From Chiloscyllium plagiosum (taxonomy: Eukaryota): DNA of 61,925 bases. Every line of letters starts with the position of its first letter. The first letter of the stretch is position 1. Of this stretch, positions 22,680 to 33,965 are shown in pieces. The DNA is taken from the NCBI RefSeq assembly GCF_004010195.1, contig NC_057728.1, positions 53,927,237-53,989,161 of the forward strand, given 5' to 3'. Under the pieces are notes generated by a model. The model was not told the origin of the DNA, searched no databases, and saw only the letters and a list, made by a program, of their open reading frames with translations. A program made the translations under genes and the position numbers.

Positions 22680-24898
22680 TCATGTCGGCAGTGGAGGAGA
22701 CATCATCGCCGAGGAGGCTTCAGCAGGACTCCTAGCCATGTCAGCAAGGTGGCAGCTGCAGTGGTGGTTCATGGTTTCAGTAGGTCTGAAGCAAGGACTC
22801 CTAGTGATGTCGGCCCAAGACTGGGGTCTCCTAGTGATGTCAGGCCTGGAGCGAGGACTTCTAGTGATGCCAGGTCTGGAGCGGGGACTCCTAGTGCTGT
22901 CAGCCCAAGACTGGGATCTCTTAGTGATGTCAGACCTGGAGCAGGGACTCCTAGCGATGTCGGGCCCAGAGCGGGGACTCCGAGCAACGTCAGGCCCGGA
23001 GCGGGGACTCTTAGCCATTTCAGGCCTGGAGCAGGGACTCCTAGTGATGTCAGGCCTGGAGCGGGGACTCCTAGCAATGCCGGGCCCGAGCAGGGACTCC
23101 TTGTGATATCAGGCCCAGAGCGGGGACTCCTAGTGATGTCGGGCCCAGAACGGGCCTCTGAGAAATATCAGACCCGGAGTGGGGACTCCTAACAATGTCA
23201 GGCCCAGAGCAGGAGCTCCTAGCGATGTTGGGCCCGAAGTGGGCACTCGTAGCGATGTTAGACCCAGAGTGGGGCTCTGAGCAATGTCGGTCCCAGAGTG
23301 GGGTCTCCGAGTAATGTCAGGCCCAGAGCGGGAGCTCCTAGCGATGTCAGCCCCAGAGCAGGGACTCCTAGCAATGTCAGGCCCAGAGTGCGGGCTCTTA
23401 GCGATGTTGGGCCCAGAGCGGGAACTCTTAGCAATGTCAGGGCTGGAGCAGGGACTCCTAGCAATGTCATGCCCAGAGCGGGGATTCTTAGCCATATCAG
23501 GCTTGGAGCGGCAACTCCTCGCGATGTCAGGCCCAGAGAGGGGGCTCCTAGCAATGTCAGGCCCAGAGTGGGGGCTCCTAGCGATGTCAGGCCCAGATCA
23601 TGGGGTTCTTGGCGATGTCAGGCCTGGAGCGGGGATTCCTAGCAATTTGGGCCCAGAGCGGGGACTCTTTGTGATGTCGGGGCTGAAGCAGGGACTTAGT
23701 GATGTCGGGCTGGAGGGAGGACTCCTAGCGATGTCAGGCCCATTGCAGGACCCTTAGCAATGTCAGGCCTGGAGCAGGGACACCTAGCGATGTCAGACAC
23801 AGAGCAAGGGTCCTTAGCAATGTCGGGCTCAAAGTGGGGACTCCTAGTGATATCAGACCTGGAGCGGGGGTGCCTAGTGATGTCGGGCTCAGAACGGGGG
23901 CTCCTAGTGATGTCAGACCTGGAGCGGGGGCTCCTCGTGATGTCAGACCTGGAGCGGGGACACCTAGTGATGTCAGGCTCAGAGTGGGGGCTCCTAGTGA
24001 TGGCGGGCCCAGAGCAGGGACTCCTAGTGATGTTGGGCCCAGAGCAGGGACCCTTAGTAATGTCGGGCCCAGAGCAGGGACTCCTAGTGATGTTGGGCCC
24101 AGAGCAGGGCCCAGAGCAGGGACTCTTAGTGATGGCGGGCCCAGAGCAGGGACTCCTAGTGATGGCGGGCCCAGAGCGGGGACTCCTACTGATGGCAGGC
24201 CCAGAACGGGGGCTCCTAGTGATATCGGGCCCAGAGCAGGGACTCCTAGTGATGGCGGGCCCAGAGCGGGGATTCCTACTGATGGCAGGCCCAGAGCGGG
24301 GGTTCCTAGTGATATTGGGCCCAGAGCAGGGACTTCTAGTGGTGTTGGGCCCAGAGCAGGGCCCAGAGCAGGGACCCCTAGTAATGTCGGGCCCAGAGCA
24401 GGGACTCCTAGTGATGGCGGGCCTAGAGCGGGGACTCCTACTGATGGCGGGCCCAGAGTGGGGACTCCTAGTGATGTCGGGCCCAGAGCGGGCCTCTGAG
24501 CAATGTCAGACCCGGAGTGGGGACTCGTAATGATGTCAGGCCTGGAGCGGGGTGTCTTAATGATGTTGATGAGGTGGCGGCAGCTGGGCCAGGGACTCCT
24601 GGGGCATAGGCTGGACCTGGAACAGGGACTCATTACAGCCCAGAGTCCGGAACACTGTACAGGAACCCCAGAGATCTTAAGAAACCCCGGAGCCGTGCTT
24701 GACAAGAAGGAGTGTAAAGTTGGACACGATTTCTTATTTTTCCGCCTTTACATTTTTCTGTCAATTGAACAGAAGATGAAGCTCTATTGAAATAATTTCT
24801 TTTTAAACCCAAAATGGCGCTGGATTGTGGCAACAAAACACTTTTCACTATATTTTCCAAAACACACTTTACAATAAAAACATTCATTCATTCATTCA
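22680..24898 (+). mobile_element. Putative non-autonomous VNTR-containing retroposon
   Basis: GC-rich leader, VNTR, unique 3' region ending cttttcacta...acaataaaaa(cattc/attc)n, a LINE-like terminal repeat; no TSD found. Confidence 0.5.
22781..24560. repeat. 30-bp GC-rich minisatellite (VNTR), ~59 units
   Basis: Consensus GGGCCCAGAGCRGGGACTCCTAGTGATGTC with variant AGGCCTGGAGCG; period visible directly and as 10-aa periodicity in the ORF track. Confidence 0.97.
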
Positions 24899-25310
24899 CA
24901 TTGTTTGGCAGATGTAACTGTACTGGAATAGCTTGGCTTGGCAGCACATTTTAAAGTACAAACCATCAGTACAATTGCCAGAATTTTATCGGGGCCCATA
25001 ACCTTTGCAGTATTCAATGCCTTCAGCTATTTCTTGCTATAAGTGGAGTGAATCAGATTGGCTGAAGTCTGGGGAATCACTGGAGGAGGCCAAGATAAAT
25101 CCCTCACTTGCCTCTTCTGGCTGAAGATCGTTGCGAATGTTTGAACCTTATCTTTTGCATTGATGTGTTGGGCTCCACCATCATTGAAAATGGGGATATT
25201 TGAGTGGAGCCTCCTGCTGCTGTCAGATGTTTAATTGTTGGCCAAAATTCACAGCTGGATGTGGCAGCACTGCAGAGGTTAGGTCTGATCCATTGGGTTT
25301 TGAGATCACT
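24898..25310 (-). mobile_element. L2/CR1-group LINE ORF2 fragment
   Basis: Minus reads LNTAKVMGPDKILAIVL...KLFQYSY (KAxGPD motif). Confidence 0.65.
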
Positions 25311-26379
25311 CGTCCAGTAGTTAAACCAAGCTGCTACTTATAAAACTTGCCTCATCCCTTGGTATTAAACTGAATTTATTGACTGGATCCTTTCTGTACA
25401 CTGATGTCAGATTTACGGTCAAACATCACTGATGAAGGAGTTGCAGTTTATATTTTTAGTACGAACAACAGTAGCGATTCCAGCACAGTGCAACAACTGT
25501 GGATGTTTATTGCCTTGAGAATGGTGTAATACCTAGATTGGGAGATTAGGTCAAAACCTTCTTCCTTCGTGCACTGAAGACTGAGGCCAAAAGCTATCAG
25601 TTTAAGATTTTCATTAAGATAATGAAAGGAGATGTCCCTGGCAGTGTTCTTGTCGCACAGAAAATTGTTGTTTTGAATCACAGAATGGATGGGAAGTGGT
25701 TGGGGAAGAGAGCAACCCTTCACGTGGATGTTGGACAAATAGTGGAAACTGAGGACAGCTGAGGGCTTTGGGGAATGACGTGGGGCAGTGGAATTCACTT
25801 TGGATTCCTGCAGCTAAGTTTCTGCACAGACAGAGAGGGCAAATACCCTCAAGCTATCTCTCTGATTGTGGGCACTGCGTGGGTCCAGCTGTATGCACTT
25901 TTGTGCTGGAAAATCAAATGATTAATTTAGATGTTGTGGAATTGGTTAGTATTAAAGGAGGCCTTTCAGCCTATCTAACAGATCCTTATTCTGTTAATTC
26001 CACACGTGCTTTTTCCCTGTAACCCTGTAAATTTTCCTCGTCAAGTATTTATTCAATTCCCTTTTGGAATATATTTTTATTGAATCTACTTCCCCTCTCC
26101 TTTAGGCAGTGTATTCCAACAACAAATGGTGAAATAAATTCACATCCCCCTCTAATTCTGCCAACTCTTCTGAAACTGTCCCTCCTGCAAGCAGAGGCAC
26201 ACTCTCCCTCTTTACTGCCTCAAAAGCCCTTATAATTTAGACACCTTGTCATAAATGCGGTGCCTTAAACGACAAAACAGGAACATGCTCATTGCATTAA
26301 ACTGAGCAGGCTTTATAACTACAAAATCGAAATACTACAGGCATCGGAAACATGAAATAAAAAACAGAAAATGTTTGAG

Positions 26380-26545
26380 CATTGTGCAATCATCAGTAAG
26401 TATCCTACTTCTGACCTCATGATGGAGGGAAGGTCAATGAGGGAACAGTTGAAGATGGTTGGGTTTATGACATTCGCCTGAGGACCTCCTGTTGAAATAT
26501 CCTGGGTCTGGGATGACTGACCTCCAACAACCACAACCATCTTCC
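26380..26545 (-). mobile_element. L2/CR1-group LINE RT fragment
   Basis: MVVVVGGQSSQTQDISTGGPQANVINPTIFNC, a degenerate GVPQGSVLGP motif. Confidence 0.7.
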
Positions 26546-27144
26546 TTTACACCAGTCCCCATTTACTTCAGTTTTTCCATTCCAATGATATAACATTACA
26601 GGAATGCACTCTCTCAGGTAAGGGATTAGGATCAGAGCAACTTTTGTCAAGAAAATGGGTGGAAGATGCCATTGGTAATGTTGGACTTGATTGGCTGCTC
26701 TGCCTTCTCTTTGTTCCAATCAGATTTAAGCTGAAAGAGTAAGGGATTCCCATGAATGCTCAGTTCGTTTTGAGTCCCAATGTCCCTATTAGCAACTCTC
26801 GCTGAAAAGTCACTCAGCCACTTGTGTCTCTCACAAGGCAACAGTGTTCCTATGACAACCTGAAGCACCTGAAGAGAAAAGGAATTGCAGGGCTGTGACA
26901 GAAAGTGGTGGGGGTGGGGCAAGCTAAGTTGCTTTGATAACTGTCTGGCACAGACATGACAGGCCAAATGGCCTCCTACTGTGCCACAATAATTCTGTGG
27001 TTCTATAATTCCAAACCTATCAGTCTAACTCTAAGACAAAAGCACTACAGCTGACATGCTGCAAGTTTAAAGGGCAGACTCTGATTTTTGGTTATTTTCT
27101 TTAATGTGATGTGGGCATCATTGGCAATTTGTTGCCAATCCCTG

Positions 27145-27262
27145 AAAAGACCCAAAATGTTAACTCTGATTTCTCTCCATAGATGCTGCCAGACCTTCTG
27201 GGTTTTTCCAGCAATATATGTTTTTGTCTCTGATTGCCAGCATCTGCAGTTTTTTTCAGGTT
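27145..27262 (+). mobile_element. PLE family C terminal repeat fragment
   Basis: aaatgttaactctgatttctctccatagatgctgccagacc...ccagcatctgcagt. Confidence 0.6.
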
Positions 27263-28039
27263 TTTTAAATATAAATAGAAACCTTTATTTAAAGAAAACA
27301 ACCACTGTCATAAGTTTTTCCTACTAAATGAAGAATGATCTCACTCTCCTGCCACCCATCATAACTAAATATCAAGCTTTCCCATCCTGTGAACCAGTGT
27401 TGTTTTACAACATTAACAGTAATGGAACAACAAAATCCAGTTACTGAAGATAGATCATAGAGGAACCAGTGTGACTCAGCTGTCCAGAATAGATTACTAA
27501 TGTGATATAATTCAGCTCAGTACCTCTTTGAGATCATCCAAAATTCTGCTGACCATGTCCAGACAAACTGCAAGTCCTGCTCAACCATCACCCCTAGTTT
27601 GCTGACCTACTCCGGCATCAGCCTGATAATGCTTCAGTTTGAAAACCCTGTCTTTGCTTTTCAATACTTCCGTGGTCTCACCCCTCCCTATCTCTGTAAC
27701 TTCCTCCTCAGCCCACAGCAGTTTTTCCATCTCACACATCCTTGAATGTAGTCAGTGACCACACCTTCAATTGCCAAGATCTTAGATTCACGAATTTCTT
27801 TTTTTTTTAATTTAAGATGGTACTCAGCAGCTACATCTTTGGAACTTCTTGTGTACAGAAAGCAATACTTACCATGAAGGAAAAATTAATTGACTGGGCC
27901 TGCATCCTCTAGAGTTTCAAAGAACGAGATGCAATCTTGCTGTGGAAGACAAAGTTCATACAGCTTTCGACAGGATAGATGCAACAAGACTGAGAGGGGT
28001 CTATAACCAAAGTACACAGTCTCAGATTAAAGGCTAAAG

Positions 28040-29165
28040 TAAAAGAAAGAACTGTGGATGCACTAGAAATCTGAAACAAAACCAGAAATTGATGGAGAAA
28101 CTCAGCAGATCTTTCCTTAACAGCAGATGTTTCCTGTGACTGTGGCTGATGGGGCCCTTTGGTGTGTCTGACCCATGTTTTACAATTCAGCCTTCATCCC
28201 CTCTCTTCCCTTTCACAAGAACAATAGGGTTCCCTGGCCCTCACTTCCCATCCACTAATATCCACATCCAGAGGATTATCTCCACCACCTCCAGCAGGAT
28301 GCCACCACCACACGCATATACCCCTCCCTTCCCCTTGTCAGCACTCTGCAGGTACTGTTTCCTCTGGGACACCCTGGTCCACTCCACCTTCACTTCCAAC
28401 ACATCCCCACATCCCCACGGCACCTTCCCACGCTATCACAGAAGATACAACACTTGTCATTCATCTCCTCACTTCTCACTATCCAAGGTCCCAGACATAC
28501 CGTCAAAGTGAAACAGAAATTTACCTACATTTCGTTCAGTCTAGACTGCTGTATTCGCTGCTCACAATTCAGTCTCCATTACATTGAGGAGGCAAAACAC
28601 AGACTGGGTGACCACTTTGCAGAACACCTGCATTCTGTCTAGAAAATTGACCCCGAGCTTCAGTTGCCTGCCACTTCAACACGACATAACGTGCCCTGGC
28701 CAACATCTCTGCCTCAGGCTTGTTCGAAACTCAGCACAAGCTGCAAAAGCAGCATCTCGTTTTCTGCTTGAGGATCTTGTAACCCTCAGGATTCAGTATT
28801 GAGTTCAATAATTTTAGAGTTTGAACAGTTCCTTCCACAGCTTTTACTGAACACCACACACCTGGCCCTGACATAATATGGGCTGCTTTCATTTCATTCT
28901 TACCTTCTCATGGTCCCCATTGTCACCTTTTCTTCTTCTCTGACTTAACTATCAACAATCCTTTTGTTCCACTCTCTCCCTCTCTCTGGGCTCTGTCTCC
29001 ACCCATCTGCCCTCTCCTCCACCCTGTCCATCTACCCATTGACATAAATACCACATTTTCCCAGATGATAGCAGTTTCGAAGAGATGTCACTGGATTCGA
29101 AATATTAACTCTTTCTCTCTCCACAGGTGCTGCTGAACCTACTGAGTTTATCCAGCAATTTCCCT
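28040..29165 (+). mobile_element. PLE family C with degenerate GIY-YIG endonuclease and short inverted 5' repeat, inserted in a CR1 3' end
   Basis: KQKFTYISFSLDCCIRCSQFSLHYIEEAKHRLGDHFAEHLHSV matches PLE VYCIxCxxCxxxYIGETKRRLGDRFAEH; degenerate hammerhead near 29077; CR1 continues on both sides (27890-28035, 29175-29415). Confidence 0.8.
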
Positions 29166-29971
29166 TTTTCTCTCAGAGGAAAGAGATTGGCCACTTAGGA
29201 GTGAGATCTGGAAGAATTTCTTTAATCAGAGGGTGGCAAATGTTTGGAATTCTATATCCTAAAGGTCTGTGGAGGCTTCGTCATTGAGAATGTTCAATGT
29301 AGAGATTAATTGATTTCCACATATTAAAAACATCAAGGGATATGGGGATAGTGCAGGAATAACAAAGCAGGTTCAAGGGCTGAATGCCTTCCTCCTGTTC
29401 CTATTTCTTATGCTCCTTGGCCAAGTTTTCAGTCACTAATATGTCCTCTTCTGCCTCAGTGTCAAACTCCTATTGATAATGTTTTGGTCTTGTCTCTTTG
29501 GGTATAAATACAACTTGCTTTTGGTGTTATTGATATGTAGTATCATTGATACTAGGAAAACCTGGTGGAATTAAGTTGCAAAGAATCTTTATTGTCTAGC
29601 ACTGAAAGGCTCAACCTGGTACACATATGGTATCTAGAGCTGAAATTATAAACCACTTGATGACCCAGTATTATGTTACCTAAGCTTGGTGTGGTCCTAA
29701 GCAGGTGTTGAGTGCATGACTCGACACCTAAAACTGAGCTGGATTTTGGCTGCAATTTTAGAGAAGTCCCCAGGCAGAAGGTCTACATCAGCAGATTCGA
29801 TGTATTCTTCTGGAAGGTCACAGAGAATTAGTAGGGAGCTGTGTAAAGCACATCCCATGCTCCTGGCTAATTGAATGGAGTATCTCACTATGTTATTTCA
29901 GAATACCCTACCTGGATCCTGATGCATTCAGCCAAACAGGAACCCTCATTCAACACTAATGCACACCCCAC

Positions 29972-30003
<32 letters not shown>

Positions 30004-30102
30004 GTACACACACATCCACACATACACATACACATCAACACACACACACCCACCCAGACACACATCCACACACACATCCACACACATGCACACGCACACA
30101 CA

Positions 30103-31094
30103 NNNNNNNNNNNNNNNNNNNNNNNNNNNNNNNNNNNNNNNNNNNNNNNNNNNNNNNNNNNNNNNNNNNNNNNNNNNNNNNNNNNNNNNNNNNNNNNNNN
30201 NNNNNNNNNNNNNNNNNNNNNNNNNNNNNNNNNNNNNNNNNNNNNNNNNNNNNNNNNNNNNNNNNNNNNNNNNNNNNNNNNNNNNNNNNNNNNNNNNNNN
30301 NNNNNNNNNNNNNNNNNNNNNNNNNNNNNNNNNNNNNNNNNNNNNNNNNNNNNNNNNNNNNNNNNNNNNNNNNNNNNNNNNNNNNNNNNNNNNNNNNNNN
30401 NNNNNNNNNNNNNNNNNNNNNNNNNNNNNNNNNNNNNNNNNNNNNNNNNNNNNNNNNNNNNNNNNNNNNNNNNNNNNNNNNNNNNNNNNNNNNNNNNNNN
30501 NNNNNNNNNNNNNNNNNNNNNNNNNNNNNNNNNNNNNNNNNNNNNNNNNNNNNNNNNNNNNNNNNNNNNNNNNNNNNNNNNNNNNNNNNNNNNNNNNNNN
30601 NNNNNNNNNNNNNNNNNNNNNNNNNNNNNNNNNNNNNNNNNNNNNNNNNNNNNNNNNNNNNNNNNNNNNNNNNNNNNNNNNNNNNNNNNNNNNNNNNNNN
30701 NNNNNNNNNNNNNNNNNNNNNNNNNNNNNNNNNNNNNNNNNNNNNNNNNNNNNNNNNNNNNNNNNNNNNNNNNNNNNNNNNNNNNNNNNNNNNNNNNNNN
30801 NNNNNNNNNNNNNNNNNNNNNNNNNNNNNNNNNNNNNNNNNNNNNNNNNNNNNNNNNNNNNNNNNNNNNNNNNNNNNNNNNNNNNNNNNNNNNNNNNNNN
30901 NNNNNNNNNNNNNNNNNNNNNNNNNNNNNNNNNNNNNNNNNNNNNNNNNNNNNNNNNNNNNNNNNNNNNNNNNNNNNNNNNNNNNNNNNNNNNNNNNNNN
31001 NNNNNNNNNNNNNNNNNNNNNNNNNNNNNNNNNNNNNNNNNNNNNNNNNNNNNNNNNNNNNNNNNNNNNNNNNNNNNNNNNNNNNNNNNNNNNN
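30103..31094. other. Assembly gap (992 N)
   Basis: Run of N. Confidence 1.
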
Positions 31095-31320
31095 ACAAAC
31101 CCAGACACTATATGTACACACACTACCTCCACACACACACAGACACACACAAACACCCACACAGACACATAGAGGGTCCACGTTTGCAACCACCCCACAC
31201 GCATATATACCCACATCCACACAAATATAGACACACATATATGCAGGCACATCCATACATCCCCACACAAGCATAAACACACGCACATACAGAGATACAC
31301 ACACACACACGGACCACAAA

Positions 31321-31530
31321 TATGATTCAGAGATGCCGGTGTTGGACTGGGGTGTACAAAGTTAAAAATCACACAACACCAGGTTATAGTCCAACAGGTT
31401 TAATTGGAAGCACACTAGCTTTCGGAGCGACACTCCTTCGTCATCTGATGAAGGAGCGTCGCTCCGAAAGCTAGTGTGCTTCCAATTAAACCTGTTGGAC
31501 TATAACCTGGTGTTGTGTGATTTTTAACTT
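31321..31530. mobile_element. PLE family A fold-back mini-insertion with 11-bp target duplication
   Basis: 85-bp inverted arms 31359-31443 and 31446-31530; flanked by cggaccacaaa at 31310-31320 and 31531-31541. Confidence 0.85.
31442..31476 (+). ncRNA. Minimal type I hammerhead ribozyme (CUA site)
   Basis: CAU-CUGAUGA-A-GGAGC-GUC-GCUCC-GAAA-GC-UA-GUG; predicted cleavage after A31473. Confidence 0.6.
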
Positions 31531-32149
31531 CGGACCACAAACAAACAGACTTACGTACATAGACATACACATACCCACACAAACACATATATACAGGCAC
31601 ACTCAAGGCTTGGGGAACATACAGTCAGCGAGGATGAGTAATTATTTTGCTAGTTAAACTCTTGACAAAGATCATTTGATGATTTCACTGGAACAATTCC
31701 TTAGCCTGAGGGTCATCTATAGCTTGCATTTGATAATTGTGAAACTGCAGCACATTCCTGGAGATTGACTGAGAGCTACAGCAGTTGATTAATTGTTTTG
31801 CTTCGCTTACCACTGTTGACACCATAATTTATGATCTCTGAACTGAACATTGTAAATAGGGACAAAACCTGTATCATTAACCTCCCTGCGGAAGGAAGAT
31901 GAGATAACCTCCATGTATGTAACATCCCTCTCATACAAAAATATCTCAAGGCATTTCACTGAAATGGAAGAGGTGTTGACTCTTGAACACTTGTGGGGGA
32001 GTTAAGGGATTGAAAGAATTAAAGCTCTGTGACAGAAAGGAGAACTCAATGTGAGAACAGAGCGGGAATGTTTTCAGGAAAAAATTCTAGAAATTGGAGG
32101 CTGAGAAAGGCTGTAGAATCAATGACGGAGAGGAAGGCAGCTGAAACTA

Positions 32150-32460
32150 GAACTAGGGGGGATAGCCTCAAAATAAAGGGGTGCAGATTAAGACTAAGTT
32201 GAGGAGGAAGTTCTTCACCCAAAGGGTTGTGAATCTGTGGAATTCCCCATCCAGTGAAGCAGTTGAGGCTGCCTCGTTGAATGTTTTTAAGGCAAAGACA
32301 GATAATGTTTGAACAGTAAAGTAATTAAGGGCTATGGTGAGCAGGCGGGTAAGTGGAGCTGAGACTCTGAAAAGATCAGCATGTCTTATTGAATGGCAGA
32401 GCAGGTGAAGGGGCCAAATGGCCCACTCCCACCTCCCACTCCTATTTCTTATGTTCTTAT
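32150..32460 (+). mobile_element. CR1 3' end
   Basis: ttgaggaggaagttcttcacccaaagggttgtgaatctgtggaattcc...cctatttcttatgttcttat. Confidence 0.85.
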
Positions 32461-32967
32461 GCAGAGGAGAACAGTGAGAAGGCAAAAGTAAATCAACTTA
32501 ATTAGGGGATTGTATTGAATTTATGGTACAGAAACAGGCCGTTCAGCCTAGCTCGGCCATCCTAATGTTAACGTTTCACAACAGCTTCCTTGCACCTCTC
32601 TTGATCAAATCCCATTCACACAGACTTCAGTTCCTTTCTTGTCCATGTGTCTGTCTAGCATTCCCTCAAATATCTCCATGCTGTTCACAACAACTGCACC
32701 TTGCGTTAGTGAGTTATTTATTATCGTGATGAAGAGTTATGGCATGATGCCCCTAGTCAAAATGTAAACCATTAGAGATTTTCATTTTTCATTGAAATCA
32801 ACCACAAAGTATTTAATTATTTCTAGAGACTAAAAAGTGTCAACCGAATTTGGTCTGCATGGTCATCCCTGTTGCTTACGAGAATTGAAATTGTGAAAAA
32901 AATTGAATTTGCAAAGCTGTGGGGAAAGGGGAGGGGAATGAAATTAGGGTTGAACTGAACTTGCAGA

Positions 32968-33165
32968 GGTAAAAACAATGACTGCAGATGCTGGAAACCA
33001 GATTCTGGATTAGTGGTGCTGGAAGAGCACAGCAGTTCAGGCAGCATCCGACGAGCAGCAAAATCGACGTTTCGAGCAAAAGCCCTTCATCAGGAATAAA
33101 GGCAGAGAGCCTGAAGCATGGAGAGATAAGCTAGAGGAGGGTGGGGGTGGGGAGAAAGTAGCATA
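32968..33165 (-). mobile_element. PLE family B terminal repeat
   Basis: Nearly identical to 42946-43143. Confidence 0.85.
33062..33097 (-). ncRNA. Minimal type I hammerhead ribozyme
   Basis: Minus: AUUC-CUGAUGA-A-GGGC-UUUU-GCUC-GAAA-CG-UC-GAUU. Confidence 0.7.
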
Positions 33166-33965
33166 GAGAGGGCCAGCATGGACACTATGGGCTGAATGGC
33201 TTTCTTCTATGATTATGATTCTATGGCATCCTGCATCCAAGGAGAGAAAGCTCACAGGATTAAGGCCTGGGCATTTATTTGGGATGTTTTTTAATTTTAT
33301 GTTGACCACTTGAATATAAGCCAACATGATCTCCAGGCAGCTACAATCCATAACAAACAAACACTCACTCATTTATCGCTGTCAACTGAGCAATTATCTA
33401 TGATAAGCAGCCAGGTGGATATTCAAAATGATAAACAGAAATTCAGCTAAGTTATAAGGAGCAGCATCTTTAGCAGTACTCAACTGGAGGAGGATTATTT
33501 ATCTAAATGTTGGTGCATTTGGGTCACTTACATGTGCATTCATTAGCAACACCCACAAGCTCAGTCATGTAGCAAACACCTTCTCAAACTACCAGTTCCT
33601 TGATGAGAGGGCTCAGAAAGCACAAATTACTGTGACTAGTAATTTCCTTTCTCCTTCAAGGCTGAGTCAACTCTTAGAACAGAGAAAGAAGAGGGTGAGA
33701 TGAGGAATCCATCAGTCTGTTTACACAACAAACTGTGTATCTTTTCCATTAAACATTTTAACCACAAGTTAACAACATTGTTGATGAAATACAGTTAGGG
33801 ATGGAGTTGTCATGACTCAATCAGGAATGATACTGGAGATGACTCAATGTGGAAGTCTCAATATTATTTTGGGTACCTCAATTTTTTTATTCCATGCAAT
33901 CCTCCTGTGAGTGTAAAATTAAGGACTGTCTAGCATAAGGTTAATGGTCATGTCTTCTTGATTTT

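Larger units (their letters stand above)
29960..31605. repeat. Degenerate (CA)n microsatellite around the assembly gap
   Basis: CA-rich tracts at 29960-30102, 31095-31320 and 31531-31605. Confidence 0.9.

Noticed and set aside
22781..24560. CRISPR-like array or repetitive protein gene (323-aa and 256-aa ORFs)
   Set aside because: Units are contiguous with no unique spacers and the context is eukaryotic; long ORFs in several frames follow from the 30-nt period, and occasional 29/31-nt units break them.
29871..31372. 380-457 aa ORFs in six frames
   Set aside because: Artefacts of translating the N gap and CA microsatellite.
31359..31530. miRNA precursor or DNA-transposon MITE
   Set aside because: Arms are PLE terminal-repeat sequence with a hammerhead core, found elsewhere in asymmetric form.
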